DNA from: Phoronis australis
Lineage: Eukaryota; Animalia; Phoronida
Length of the DNA: 64,000 bases
Direction of reading: 5' to 3'
Assembly (NCBI GenBank): GCA_002633005.1
Contig: NMRA01000456.1
Coordinates: 63,147-127,146, forward strand
Below the pieces are notes generated by a model. That model was given only the letters and a program-made list of their open reading frames with translations. It ran no database searches and was not told the origin of the DNA. Both the position numbers and the translations under genes were made by a program. Of this stretch, positions 26,855-41,595 are shown piece after piece (the stretch's first letter is position 1; the number at the start of each line of letters is the position of its first letter).

Positions 26855-29800
26855 AGACATCTGGAGGACAGATTGGAACTGACATTTGCTTTATCCAATG
26901 TAGAACATTGTCACGACATTTGTCTCTAGTGTGTTTTGGGAGTGTTTTGTGTGAATTTTGGACTTCACATACAAGAAGATGTTTGTAGTGGATCACATAC
27001 TCAGTGCTCCTTTTAGACTAGATGGTGTGATTAAACAATACTTTCATTAGATTCATACTTCTTTTTTATTTATAGGTCTAAATAAATTGTTGTCCATTCT
27101 GAGTAAATATGATGGCTTCTCATTATTTGACTCATTCTAAAGTTGAAAGTCAAAAAGAATGATCGTGCTGAAGATTCGATGCCAATGTACCTGATTGTAA
27201 ATTAATTGTGCAAAATATATTTTTTGTCTTTATTGAAGGAGACTGTTTTCTTTTTCCACCGTTCATGTTAGCAAACATTTCCCTTCAATATACCAATATA
27301 CCTCCCATTGTAAATCCAAAGTTTATGTTCTGGATCTTGATGTTACTTATTTTATCTGCATTTGAGACCGCTCCAAGCAGAAACACGTGTAACAATCATG
27401 GCCTCATGGGAAGAAAATGGTGTAGTCACTCTCCTGGTGGAAAATGACAGTACCATATCATACACACACCATATCATCAACATTAGCATAAACTCTTATT
27501 TAATAATTTAATATCTTAGTTGTGATTTTCAGTAAGTGTCGGATGACAAACAATAGTCTAGTTAGGCCAAATAACGTTCATGGTTCTGGTATGTACCACT
27601 TTTAGAACACATTTTGAACTCTAAAGCCCAGCAGGGTAAATCTGTCTTTTTCCCAGTTAAAGGGGCGGAGATGCAGCTTTAACTGGCCCTTGAGTTCATA
27701 TATCCTGACTTGTCTGTCATCACACTAATTGCATACCCTAACTATGTTAATTGAAACTGCACAACCTTTTGTTTTATAGAAGAAAATTTCTGTCACGTTT
27801 TTAGTCAATCATGGGGGAAATATGCGCAACCATACCTCCAGCTATACCGTACATTACACTTTTTGCATGTTCTTGAGCACTATTACATATATTGGGAAAG
27901 TTACCGCGATTTTCCTTAGATTACCCATGGGCGTGTATTTGGAAAATGAAAATTTTCAGGCGTTTTAGTAATACCAAATTAACGCCCGGGCGTTAATTGG
28001 GGAAAGGGGGTGTGTAAACGGAAAGTCATAGTTTTGGATTCGCAAATGCTAGCATGAAGCGATATGTATTTTTGTAAGTGAAACGGCTCTTCTGAGTTCG
28101 CCGACACTTTGTTGGTTTTCATAAATGATAAATGCTCCAAAAACTGAATTTGTGACTAAGATTTGACCCAAAGTGTACTTTTAAGAGAAAATTTCCAAAT
28201 AAACGCCCCACTATCTGGACACTTGAGACCAGAAGTTGTAACACCAAATAAATTGTTGCCAACCACATAAAATATTGTAGTGGCAGTTACGTTGATGTTG
28301 ACAATTTATCTCGTAAACTATCTCGTGCATTATTGCCCAGGCGACATTTGGTAACAGTGTACCCTGCATTTAATACATTCATTTTAGCAGCACCGATTAA
28401 GTGAGCAACATAGGCCTCATTTTATGTAGTAGGACCTGGCGTTAGAAATTAAAGATATACATTGAAAATGTAGGATATCTAATTCAAAATTCATTTCAAG
28501 GAACTCGTTTCAATATTTCTCAGCATTGAAGTAAAATTCAGCATTTTAAAGGTAATTTAATCATATCATAGAAAATTCGACATCAGATCCCCAAATATAA
28601 AAGTATACTAAACGAGTTTTATCTATCTGAAATAAGTCTCAAGGAAATTGATGAATTTCGGTCAGCTCTACAAAGTGTCCCAAAACGCTCTCACAATTCA
28701 AATGACAACTTTTTTATTGGCTTAGGAACTAGATGTATTGGGTTTAAGTTTACAAACCGTAGATCGAAAAAGAAATTTGAGTACTTAAACTCATTGGTCA
28801 TCAAATTGGAGAGGTTTTCTTTGCACTCCATCTGTTTCCAGTTGTATTGCGTAATGATTTTTTGTTCTTCAAAACTGAATCGTTTGCTTGCATTTCCCGT
28901 GCATACTACACACACAACATGTGCGCACCCAGCTTAAAATATAGGGAGGCTCGAATTTTTGAGGATGTGGACCTTTTACTAAAGAAAAAAAAACGAATAC
29001 GGGGATGGTTCAGGGCGATGAATTGTGCATACGTCGAATTCCTGCCTTATTGGACTTTTGTCTCGTTTTTCTTTGAGGCGGACCTTTGTTCCCATGCACA
29101 TTTGAGCCCCCCGAGCCACCCACCTGGGTGTGCGCATGCATAGCACACCCACGTTAAAAATAAGGTGTAACCATGCAGTAGGCCTTCGTAGACTCTCAGT
29201 TACCCACGGGGTCTGAATTTGAACTCCAGACGTTGAAGTGTGCACATTTTTGGGACACACTGTATCTTTTCCCCCCGCAGCAACCAGAAACTGGACTACC
29301 TGCCGTGTTTTATCAAGAGATTATAAAACGGACACAAAGGCACTCATTCCAGGCACCTCAGTCGGGACCTCACCTTTCCAGAAAATTAGGCTACTTCAAG
29401 GAATGGCCATAATAAAAAGTTTTCCCGAAACTGGATAATAATAAAACAAACCTTGATCTTGAACCACGAGCAGAAGAATAGGTACGAATCCACTGTTGGA
29501 ACCCAATGAGTTATAATTACTTCAGGCAGCTCCCAGCTACCCGTCAGTGCGCTGGACCTAGACCCTTTCTTACTCTCCGTGAAACACTGTTGGCTCACGG
29601 TTACTCAACTCCTGACCGCTGCATCCCCGGTATTATACCTCCGCCTAGGCTATGGCGGACGTGGGGTGGGGGCCGGGCGGTGGGTTCGATAAAAATTTGG
29701 TGACATCCAAAGAACGGGGGTGGGTGGGGGAGGGGGTGGCAATAGCAAGAGGGTAGGTTGGCGAAATCAAATTGGTTTGTGCCCCCCCCCCCCCNCTCAA

Positions 29801-31797
29801 TAATTTTTTCCTTCCTATGGGCCTGTTTGGACGTTCGTGGCCGGGAACACGACGAATAAAATACGGTCAGTCTGGTATATTAGCCAGTGAGCAGCTTCTG
29901 ATAGTAACTCAACCGCTTTGACGACAGACGCAACTTAAACTGGCTCCCGCGTCTATCTGAAAAGAGTCGATTTTGTTTGAACTTTCGCGTGACGTATAAC
30001 GTGTGCGTGTCGTGTGCCGTATGCCACACACAAAATGCATTTACGCTTTGATGTTACGAACGTTTAAAATATCCATGTTTAATCTTGCACTACTCGGACA
30101 TGGAATTTCAAAACAATGACACTGGACGTCCATATGTGGAGAGGTGATACTTAAAATTATTTTCAGATATTGCATAAAAAGACATAGTTTGTTATTTTTT
30201 ACGTTAAAATTTAAATTTTAGGCAGATTTATGGGCGTTAACTGGTGAAAAGCTACCATTCCAAACATTCAATGTTCCTAACCCCAAACTTACCTCGCGGG
30301 CTAAGTTCCTCCCGTACCCAACGCTTACCAAGTCTGATGTTCCTACCCAAACTTCTTGGAGTGCATAACGTGCATGATCTCGGAGGCGCAAAAGCGTCGG
30401 CACTTCGATCGAGGATTGACTAAGATACCCCAGAACTGCTGCGTTTTCGTTAGCACTTTCGTAGTCCGCAATTCGCTTACTTCAAAATATACAAAAATAC
30501 ATACACAGGGGAGAGGGGCCATTGATCGACGGTCGTACAATTAAATTCATATAGAGAGTGGAAGCGGTGCTTTGACGTGTTCATTTAAATGCTGGCGAAA
30601 ATGTTCCCTTTCGGTCGCGAGCACGTCTGCCGAGCGTCACAAGCTCAGAACCAGGATGGCGCGTGGATAAAAACAATGAAATGATTCCCGCTCAAAATGA
30701 TTTTTAACTGGTTATGGCAGCAATAAATTCTAGTGTTCTGTACGTGTCCCGACCTGCCATCGCGACTAGCTGTGAATTGGCCATAACGTAAGCCGTAACC
30801 GAGTAAATCCGACTCGTATTGTATTACAGCGGGTCCCACTTCGACATTTCTTTGTACAGTCAGCTTAGCGTTCATTTTTGCCATGACCCTATGAACCATA
30901 TGAGACAAAATGTGTTTTAGTTGTGACGGGACTCTGGTTTTAACTCTGATAGGCCGGAATCGGGTGAAAGTGTTTTATTTTTGCATCGGTTGATTATATA
31001 ATTATGAGTCCCGCGTCGTTTGCTCCTCCGCGTGAGGTCAATTCTCCGTTACAGTCGGTTCCTACACAGACTAACTGAAGGCCAAGAATTGTATTATTTT
31101 ATATGTGATTACACGTTGTATCGCGGCACCAAACCAAAAAACTTAAGGAAATAAGAAAGGGACATTTTAATTACGTCATGAGTGCTCATATTTTTCAAGA
31201 GCCCTATTTCAATTGATTATGACGCAAAATTAATGAATGCTGCCAGTGATTTGTCTGACTAATTATCATCTGTTGTGATTTAGGAGTGCCTTCAGGTTCG
31301 GAAACTCGAGCAGAAACTCGAGATTTCGAGTTCAGACTGATTCGAATTTTAACTGAGGACCGCAGTCAAGGGCCAAACTGAAATAGAATTATACAATCAA
31401 CCGTGCAGTACTCGGGCACAGAAAAAAGACTACTATTTTCAGTTTGAATTCGAATTCAATATAGAATAACGTATGAAAAATTCGATTTCCATTTCTAGTA
31501 AAAAGATAAGATCCCGGTGCTGTTGTCTCAGGGTAGATCTGTATGGCTGTGCATGTCTTTGCTTCGTCCATCGCTCTAACCGATCAATCAACAACCACAA
31601 GTCACCGACTTGCACCGGACCGGAGTTACAAAGTCTATGATGCAATGCAAGTTGAGTAAGCAGCCCTCCGCAGGTCTACGGAATGTCGCGCTATCTAGCG
31701 TTTGAGCAGAGAACCAGCTCTCATACGTTTTCTAACCTCCCATCGCAACCAATCACAGCGCTCATTTTATTTGCCCTCATCAGAACGATTCGCAAAA

Positions 31798-34700
31798 ATG
31801 GAGACGAGGTTTGGCTACCTCCAACTTCCTCTTTTAATTCTGTGTATTTTAGCTGTTTTTTGCGTGGAATCTGTTCCAAAACTCAACCCCGTCGTACTTG
31901 GTAGGTAACATTATTTAAATTTCACGTGGAGGGTACTTCTGTGTTCCGAAGTAACCTTTGGACATCATAGATATGGCCTGGGTAACAGTTTGAGTTAAGG
32001 CTAAGCTAACCGTGACGACGAACATCACGCGTTGCTTACAGTTACAGTTTCCTTGTTCCTTATGCTGATCTACCTCGGCGGAAGGTAGGCCTACCAGCGC
32101 TTAGTGGGTTGGCATTTGATAAAAGCATATGTGATAGTTTTAACTATCCACACATCATCACAGAGGGGTATTACTAAACTCTCGATCATTCTGTTTTGCG
32201 CAATACATGTAGGGCCTATGTGGGCTGACGTCATCCACACATCCCCACGACGTCGTAAGCCATCCCACGGATAGACCACAGGCGTCCTCAGCTTCTGATC
32301 GTCCCCAATACACCATATAATACTACAAGGTGTGGTACTCCGGACTAGAAATTCCACGGGTGCTTCACTTCAACCGTCCATAGCAAACACAAAACTCAAT
32401 GAATTTACACAAAACAGGTTCAACAAACCATGAGGAATCGAATTGTTCTTTCTCCAAATACCATTTACAGTGTCCTGCTTCACCCAGTTCGCAAGAAATT
32501 CGCTGTCATAGCACAAAAATTTTCCCAAAAAACCCATCCGGAGCAACTCCCGTGTTACTAATTGAAGCACAAGGACGATACGGAATTATCCGATGAGTTA
32601 CAGATGAACGGCAATTGTCGATCTGTCATGATTTCGTAATTGCATGACAAATCGGCAACTGCCGTTCATCCGGGAGTACCGGTAATTGGCGCAGTGACAA
32701 GGGTCATTGTCTACTCCACGGGCAGACGAATTTCCCTATGACTCATCAGGGATATTCCTGGAACGTGCCTTTGCTTCATTAGTGCGTAAAAAAATAAAAG
32801 GCGTGAGTACATTGCCACAGTGTGCCTCCCGGGCGCCTCTTTTAAAACGTGTCACTTTTCCAAAAATGCAAGATTCTAGTCAACTTGCAGCCAGTCGGTA
32901 AAACATGACTCTGTTCTTATTTTGATTCCCCTTGGGGTCTCTGTTTCATGTGTTACCCCTTTTATTATGCTAAGTCTGCTAGGCACAACTTGGAAAGGCA
33001 CACTTTTTATCATCAGATGTGCCCAAAGGGCACAGGTTCAAAGCTGGTCAGGAATAAGCCTATAAGAAACATGAATTCTAACTCACTGCTAACTTCAGTA
33101 CTAGATTAAATAGGAGATGTGTGCGCAGATCTGATGAATCTTTACCATGTGGATTCTGATGCTGTTTCAATTTGTTTTTTTCTTATCTCGTTGTTTTTGG
33201 AGTTATTGTCTCCTTTTGCTTTGTCTCTTCGAGTCAGGATTATATATAAAGCAATTGTTGCCTTGCTGCTTTGTACTACAAAAATATAGAGTGTTGATGG
33301 ACCTGTTGTTTCCTGTGTTTTCTATTTTTTCGTTAGTGTTGCTGACTACGTTCGGACACTGCGAGTTGTTGTGCACTGTCTCTGTTTGTCAGAGTGAACT
33401 ATACGCACCTGTGCTTTTTCGGCACTACTGACCTCCATTTTAACGGAGAATCATTTCGGAATATCGGTTCTTTGGCTGCACTTCCTGGCGTGGCTGAGCT
33501 GTGGTCTGTGGAGTGCGAGGTTTCACTGTGAGACGTATGAGAACCATGCCCATATATGGTCTTGTCTCTCTGTTAAGTTAATATGTTTTATTACACTTTA
33601 CAGTAAGGTTTGGTTCCAGCAACAACTTAGTAGATAAGCAGTAATAGTCAAATAGGTGGGTTCCTGATTTTAAATTGATTTGAGAACCAGTTACTACCAC
33701 TGAATAATGGGCATTATTGAGTTGCAGTAACTGGTTCTCAAATCAGGGACCCATGTTTCCGACTATTACCCAGTAGATAATATGAGCAGCATTGTTTAAT
33801 CCTTACCTTTCTATCATTATTATAGTGCCTGGAGATGGAGGCAGCCAGCTGGATGCCAAGTTAAACAAGACATCAGCTGTACACTACTTCTGTAGTAAAC
33901 ACTCCACTGATTACTTCTCATTGTGGCTCAACTTGGAACTTCTTACACCTTATGTACTCGACTGCTTTGTGGATAATATGAGGTAGGCTACATTTTCTGC
34001 TCACAACCCTGTCGCTGTCTATGCCTCACAAACTTATCTGTGCCTTACAGACTCTTGGCAATGTAAACGTTTCCTTTTGGAAGTGGTTTGTGGTAAATGA
34101 TCTTATGATTAGCTTGGGTGGGACCTGGATGTGTTTTTTATTTCTGCGTCAGGTTCACCATCACCATCATATCCTGTTCTATGTTCCGTACTAACAATCT
34201 TATCTTATTTGACTAAGTAAATTAGAGTGATGACCTAAATAAATGTTTTGTGATCTTTCTGAATGGTGGAATAATTTAAGATGTGTCTTTAATACAACTC
34301 TTTGGAGCCGAGTAGTCCACGTGTAGTATACTTTCAGACTGGTTTATGACTCAGAAAAAAGAATAACCAGAGACAATGATGGAGTTGACATCAAAATTCA
34401 CAATTTTGGTGCCACAACAGGTGTGGAATGGTTGGATCCAAGTCATATGTATGGTAGTAAGTATCAATATATCCAAACTTGACTTGATACTCAAGTAGGT
34501 ATCATAATGAAATTCAGAAAGCCTTATGTGTTTTCAAGGCTGGGCTTGACTTGTTTGACATTGAGTACCGGGAACTTGGTGAACTTAAAAATTGAAATTT
34601 GTTGAGTCTCCATGTAGGACCCTTTCATTATTACCGGTGTCTACAATGGAGAAAAAATTAATTTAATGTAGGTGCAAAAAGGTCATTTAATTAGCTTTTT

Positions 34701-36487
34701 GAAAAAGTGATCTCATGAAAATACTTCACTCTGGTAATGCCTCTACCAAATTACTGCCCATATTCCAACATATATCATGTAACGTATTTTTATCATTTCC
34801 AGCCTCATACTTTGGACCAATCACTGATGCACTTGTAGCAGCTGGGTATAAAAGGGGTGTGTCAATCAGGGGTGCACCGTATGACTTCAGAAAAGCACCA
34901 AGTGAGTTGTACACTAAGCAATGTATAAAAGTTGTTAAGTGTGTTGACATTGACTTTTGTGTACGTTTAAGGAAAGGTAATAGCCACTCGCCTTGTGATG
35001 TCAGTATGCTGTGACTGATTTTAGCGAGTCTCTGCTCACATTCACTGAGTTCAGATGGGAGCATGTTCACTTGAAATCATGGTTTTATTAAGTCTTTCTA
35101 AGTAAGACAAATGCTCTAGTCAAAGCTTCAAGTCAATCACACAATTATGTTCATAGTGTATTCAAGTGTATTCAATGGAAACGTCAACTATAAATTAATG
35201 TTGTTGCAAATGTCAAACATTTTATAAATCCACTGAACAGTACCAAGCTAAAGTAAACCTATATTGTCCAGTTGATGAGCTAAATAAACTTTTTATTTTT
35301 CAGATGAACAGCAAGAGTTCCTGGTGAGCTTCAAGAAGTTGATTGAGCAGACGTATTATCAAAATAAGAACATGCGCGTGGTGCTCGTAGCGCACAGTAT
35401 GGGCAACCCATACACACTGTACTTTCTGAATCAGATGAGTCAACAATGGAAGGACAAGTTCGTCAAGTCCTTCGTCACGCTTGCCGGTCCATGGGGTGGC
35501 GCTGCTAAGATCATGAGGCTGTTCACGTCAGGTAGTGACATGTTCGTAACCTTTTGAAAGTGAATCTGCTTTGAAGTTTTTGTAAGGAATGCTAGCTCAC
35601 GTTAATTTATCTCTAGGTAGTTCATTCAATGTTTTGTTTTTCTGTTTAAGTTATTATCATGATTCTGACTTTATTGCAGAATATTACGACACTTGCTGTT
35701 GTCGACTACGGTAATTGTCCATGCTCATTATTTTGATAGCTTGGAAGTCACACTTACCCTGATTATCTCTTGTTAAACAAGGCCGTTTTCTAGTAAGTTG
35801 TCATGTACTCCTAACTTTATTTTGGGGATTTAAGCTTTTGTACTTCTCAACAATCCTTCAAACACTTCACGCCATTGTCTGTGTGAAAAGGGTTACTCTA
35901 AGAAGTCTGGCTGGCATCAGCGTTGTATACATTTTGCTGCAGGTGACAACTTGGGTGTATTTGTCCTCAACTATCTCACTATCCGACCGATGCAGCGATC
36001 GTTTCCCAGCTCTGCGTGGCTCATGCCCTCTAGCGATTTTTGGGGTGAAGATGAGATCTTGGTCTACGGGCCGAAACGAAACTATACAGCCAGAGACTAT
36101 AAGCAGTTCTTTGCTGACATCAACTTTAACGATGGCTGGATGATGAGACAGGACACGGAGCAGCTGACAAAGAAGCTAGAGCCACCTGGTGTGGAGGTGT
36201 ACTGCACTCACGGTGTCAACGTGTCGACACCAGCGGTGTTCCACTGGACAGCGGCGCAATGGCCTGACCAATATCCCACGACCATCAATGGTGACGGTGA
36301 TGGTACTGTCAACCTGCGTAGTTTGTTGGGTTGTCTGCGTTGGACTGGACAACAAACACATCCAGTTCATCATCATACTGTGTCTAAAGCAACTCATCTG
36401 GGTATGTTGGCCAACACTGACGTCATTAATCTCATTAAAACTGTGGCCATGAAAAAAGACATACGTAGGCGCCCCCACATGGGTTAA
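31798..36487 (+). CDS. PLA2G15: Lysosomal phospholipase A2 / group XV PLA2 (LCAT family), about 416 aa, 6 exons
   Basis: Exons 31798-31900 (signal peptide, ..NPVVL), 33826-33982 (VPGDGGSQLDA), 34338-34456, 34803-34901 (GAPYDFRKAP), 35304-35531 (nucleophile AHSMG) and 35943-36487 (GDGDGTV, THLGML). The Ser-Asp-His triad is intact and phases are consistent. Confidence 0.95.
32578..32675. mobile_element. Palindromic MITE, same family as 22091-22210
   Basis: ATACGGAATTATCCGATGAGTTACAGATGAACGGCAATTG..TGTCATG / CATGACA..CAACTGCCGTTCATC hairpin in PLA2G15 intron 1. Confidence 0.65.
33638..33771. mobile_element. Mutator-like foldback MITE (134 bp)
   Basis: Near-complete palindrome (GTAATAGTC..TGATTTGAGAACCAGTTACT / AGTAACTGGTTCTCAAATCA..GACTATTAC) flanked by the 9-bp direct repeat AGTAGATAA (33629-33637, 33772-33780). 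Confidence 0.8.
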
Positions 36488-38663
36488 GTCACCTCCGTTC
36501 TTCGGTGTCTTCAATCTGTTAGTTATCCTTTGTTTTGCTTGTATTTTTCAAAAATTGTCTCATGCACTGTTTTCGTGCAAGTATGCAAATTGGTTCGGGG
36601 AGTTGTCTCCTTGGTGCTAATACTGGGGACATAGTTATCATGATCAGTCATTAAGTCATTTTTATCATTCGACTGTTTAATGCATTTAAAAGTTGTAGGA
36701 TTCTGCTGCTAGGGTCAGTGTAAGTCAATTACTGCAGCAGTCTACTGTTGGCTTTTATCGAGCACCATTATTATTTGATTATTATAACATTTTATGTCAT
36801 TTTTTTACCCCTGTGCATGTCATCGGATGCAGATTGGAATCTTTTAAAGCAGTTATCAAAATTTTGAAGCCGATTTTTTTACCTGGATTTCTCAGTTGAC
36901 ACGTAATTAAATTTTGTGCACAGTTCTTATGAGCTGAGAATACCAGTTGGGTCTTTTGTAAAATAGGTTTTTAATGAATTATAGCTGCTTTAATAGTTTT
37001 CTATTAAAACTTGAGCATCCAGCTGTATTGTCTACACCAGTCTATCGCATTACTCTATTATCTCAGGTTATGTGAATACTTGTAAAGTTGTTGTCTTGTT
37101 AATCTCCAGATAAGATATTCTGGGGAGTTTCCTGTGGTTCTATCTTCCTGTGTAGTTATTCAGAATACTTTCACTAAGTACTGTTAATGTGGTTCCTAAT
37201 GTAATGTTTTAATCTCGAATGTAGTGGTCTTCTTGAAAAAAGTATTTAGCATTCTGGGAATTTTAAGAAGGCTGGTTTTTATTCATTCCTTACTTAGTAG
37301 TTGTTACGGTTTTCTCGTATGCCTTGGCATACTTATACATGTAGTAGAAGTGGGTATGTGTTGATATTACTGTTTTACTTTTTAACCTATGTGATGTACA
37401 TATTTAATCTAATCCGATACTGTTATGATAGTTTTAGTCATGAGTCAGAAGTACCAAATGATGAAAGATGGTGTTGTTAGTATCGGCCAGTCTTGTGGTC
37501 CTAGTCCACTCAAGCGTGCCTACTTCAAAATGTTTGAAATATTGTGCGGATATACCTCGGGCTGTTTTAGCATTTTGAAGGGCCGAGTTCATGCAGCAGT
37601 TCTTCCGGTGAACAAATTGACTAAAACAGCAGTGTACATATTAGTTGGAAATTGTTTCCGAGAGATCAAATGTTGGCCATTTTAACGGGTTAGACTTATG
37701 TGTCTTGATATTTTGCAATTGTAAATACTTGTTTGGCATTGTGTGCCTACTGTATAACTACATAAGTTGGATCCAGCCAGACCAAGAGATTTGTCGGAGT
37801 AAGTCGAAATTTGGCTTAACTGAAGTATCAAGTGCACAGACTAGACCAACCATACTGTGGATCTTTTAAGTTAGCAAAAATCAATGTACGCATCTCCGAC
37901 CTATGCAAGTTTTACTCACTCTGTATTTAATAATCATTTAGACTAGGTTGTTCTGTTGATGCTGTATTTAGTGTTCAAGGTGGGTCTCTGTACACTCTCT
38001 ACTATCTTGTAGGGAGTAAGCATTTTAGTTGCAGGTAAATGAACCCTGGGTTTGAGAAGGTGATGGTCGAAGCAATCATTTTAAAGTTTTCTTTGAATCA
38101 CAAAATTGTAAAAAAGTTTGTGTTGGTGACGTACAATTATCTGTATTATTATCACCATTTTGACCAAACTAGCCTCAGCCCTGATATTGATTTTGTTAGT
38201 AAATTTAACAATTGTACCAGTGTGTAGTGTAGTGGAAATAATAAAACATTTAGTTTGTATTCCAAACGTATGACATTTTTTGCTTTGCACATAAAACCAT
38301 ACCCAGTAACTACATATGCATAAGCAACAGTACGCTCGATTCAAAATGGCTTGGTTCTACTTGGAATAACCTAAGTTCTGTCTCTGAATGTGCGTAGTTG
38401 TAGAAGCAATCCATAGACTCTAGCAGGTAAATCTAGAAACCCTAAAATTCTAAATAAAATTCCAAAACAGGTAAAGAAATGGGGAATTACCTTTTTAATC
38501 ACTAAGAAACAAAGGAAACAAATTTTAAATGTTTCATCATGTCCTGTCTAAATATTAAGCACCACATATTACAAGATGAAATAATGGACAATTGCCGCAT
38601 AAATAAAAAAGTTCATGTTCATTCAATGTTTCGTCTATTCATAAGACATCAGGTTAACAGGCC

Positions 38664-38921
38664 TATATACAATAAGGCAGGTAGTGTCGAATACCATTCA
38701 AGTCACATCCATGTAGTGAAATGAGAGTAGCAAAGAATAGATACTGGGAATAGTAAGTAGGTCATCACCAAAGTTGTAGAGTCACTGAGCTCTGCATGTT
38801 GACCCTACATCTATGGTGATTACCTACTTACTATTCCCTGTATCTATTCTTTGCTACTCTCATTTCACTACATGGATGTGACTTGACTGGTATTCGACAC
38901 TTCCTTGTCTTATTGTATCTA
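38664..38921. repeat. Long inverted repeat / foldback MITE (arms about 120 bp)
   Basis: TACAATAAG..GTGTCGAATACCA.TCAAGTCACATCCATGTAGTGAAATGAGAGTAGCAAAGAATAGATAC..GTAAGTAGG mirrored almost perfectly, with a short loop and TA ends. Confidence 0.9.
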
Positions 38922-41595
38922 TTATCGTGATGTCTCATGAATAGACGAAACGTTGAATGAACATGAATTTTGCGGCGATTGTTGATGTAATTCACATATT
39001 ACAAGTTGCTCAGGAATTGACAAAATGATGAAATTTAAGTCTGCTTCTCTCCATACTACAGAAAATGTCACATACCAGTAAACCCAACAATTTGTAATAT
39101 TGCTAGACACTGATCAAATGCTCTTGCTCATTTCATACACACCTAAGTCATAAACCCCTGAATAGTACAGCTAATCAACTGAGCACAGCATTTGAAGATG
39201 GAGAGTTGAGGATACGCTAGGGCGCACCACAACGCCAGACAGTTGCATAACGCATCTGGCATTTTTAATGAGCTAACTTGCTGTTTAACTTATAAGATGG
39301 TGTCCACTCAATTATACTAAAAGAATAGATTTATTTAACAGATTGTTCCTGTCGACAAAAAGGCAAAACACGGCTATCATATTTGTACCCTGCAAGTACA
39401 CGTCTACATAGCGGACAGGTCGCATGAATTTATCAAACATATCCTGCGAGAACAGCTTCCAAACTGAATCATATTTTGGTTAAACCAATGTTACAAAATA
39501 AACGTTCTTGGATACACGTTAGCTCAACACTAAAAAATATTTAGTAAAAATATTTAAATATTTTAAAATGAGCAATAAACACACTTGAAGACGTAACAAC
39601 ACATCAAAACAACATCACAACAACAAAACATATGTACATAACATCAGACAGTTAAAGGTGGAATGTTAATGAACAAATTTAAATTTGTGAAAAACAAAAA
39701 TTTTAAGCCTTAAATTTTAAGATTAAAATATGCCCGCTTCAGGTGATCATGTAACAGTAACACATTGCGTACACCTTGTACAGTCAAAATTTTGGACAAT
39801 GCAAAACGAATTATTTTCCTGCAAATTTGCGAGTCATGTATGAAACGTTAAAACACTTAAATATAGGCAAACAAAAAAGATATTGTCCTGAATAAGAACA
39901 TGGTCAGATTATCACCTTTTCCTCGACAGGTCATAAGCAAACATAACAATTTAAAACTATGACCATAAATAAAACAGACAGACAGAATTCACAGTGCAAG
40001 AACGATGGGATAACTAAAACAATTTAAATAGAAAGTGCAGCGTATATTCTGTTGGATTACTGAACCACCTCTGAATGTTGACCAGGCAGCAAACGTGATA
40101 GGTAGAAACCCATGCTTTACCACGCCACGACTGAATGCTGACCAGAACAGTCTCTTGTTGACTGAAGGCAAGGATACATGTACATATATGATGGTGATTT
40201 GTACAAGACTAACCAACATCAACCAATAGTTTTAGCTATCACTTAATGTCACGAAAATGTTTTGTTTAAAATTCATAATTTTATTTGATGAAACAAAATA
40301 TATAGTAAATTGAAGTGATATTATTTAATTTTTAGTAGTTATCAATTGCAGACAACAACAATCAGACGTCCCGAGCATAACATGTCGTTCACAGCCAAGT
40401 CAACATTCACCATAAAAGTGACTTCGTTATTGTGCGCTTCTATACAAGTTAACCCAAATCATTCAAAAGTGCAATACAAGTCAAAAGTATTCAGTCAAAG
40501 TGACCAGGAATTCCTTGTCATGACAACTGAGTGGAAGCCGAATTTATTGTCGGAGTAGTCTTGCCTTGTGACCAAGATTAAAGAGGAATTAACAGGAAAG
40601 TTAGTAAGGTGGCAGCCATTTTGTAATTAGAATTTTGCCACACTACTAGTTGTAATCAATAATTTTCGCTGTAAACAGAATTAGCCGTCACGACAGAAAA
40701 TGGTATTTTGTTCCATTACATTTGTACTGTGCGAGTTTCGTATACAAGTAAGGGGTGCAGGTAATTAGCTTAGTGGTGAGCAACAAGTTGTTCCAGCAGC
40801 CTGGTCTCACTTTGTACACTAGTCTAGTAACAAGTCAGCACTCAACACAGGAGGAAATGCCTGCTCAAAACTACGAGTGGCGCCATATTCTGCGCTCGCT
40901 TTTCCGGATTTGGACTCGTAAAAAAGTGGCGATAAAAAAGAAAAAAAGCAGGACGTTGGTTGGCGTTCGTTTAAGTGAGGCCAATTTTTTACATGTATTT
41001 TTACTTTTTCCACTCATATTTTCAACCATTTCACTAGCCTCGCAATTCAGACACTGCTCCGCACTGGTTAAAGTTAATTTCCTACTAATGTTTAACTTTT
41101 TCCACTCATATTTTCGAGCATATGCTCGCTTATGTTGAGCCCTGCAAGTGTTTACACAGAATGAAATGTGCAGACTAATTACACTGAAATCTCCCTCACA
41201 ACTACTGACATATCTATAGAGGAAGACAACATGAATCACAAATTAAATTTGAACGACGTTTAAAATGTAAATAAGAGTTCAAATTAACAAATCTTTATAA
41301 CATGCTATAATCAACTTTCAGAGAGCCTCTGAATACAAAATTTAATGGTTTTAACATATAGCAAATAAAATTTTTAAATTATTATCTAACAACGATAATC
41401 TTTCAGACAAACAGACCAGATTATCACAGTGAATGGAGATCTGCAAAAATGGGAGATATTTATGGAAAATCTGCCAGATCTGAATAAAAACCAACATTCA
41501 AGTATTCACAAGCACTGTCCAGCGAAAAAACTCAACTCTTTGACGTGAAGACATTTAACAGCTACCCAGAATAACAGAAAACACCAAGTTCTTCA

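Noticed and set aside
29238-30908. Several short ORFs and possible exons between HSBP1 and PLA2G15
   Set aside because: No recognisable homology or consistent splice chain. They are interleaved with GC-rich repeat fragments and an assembly 'n'.
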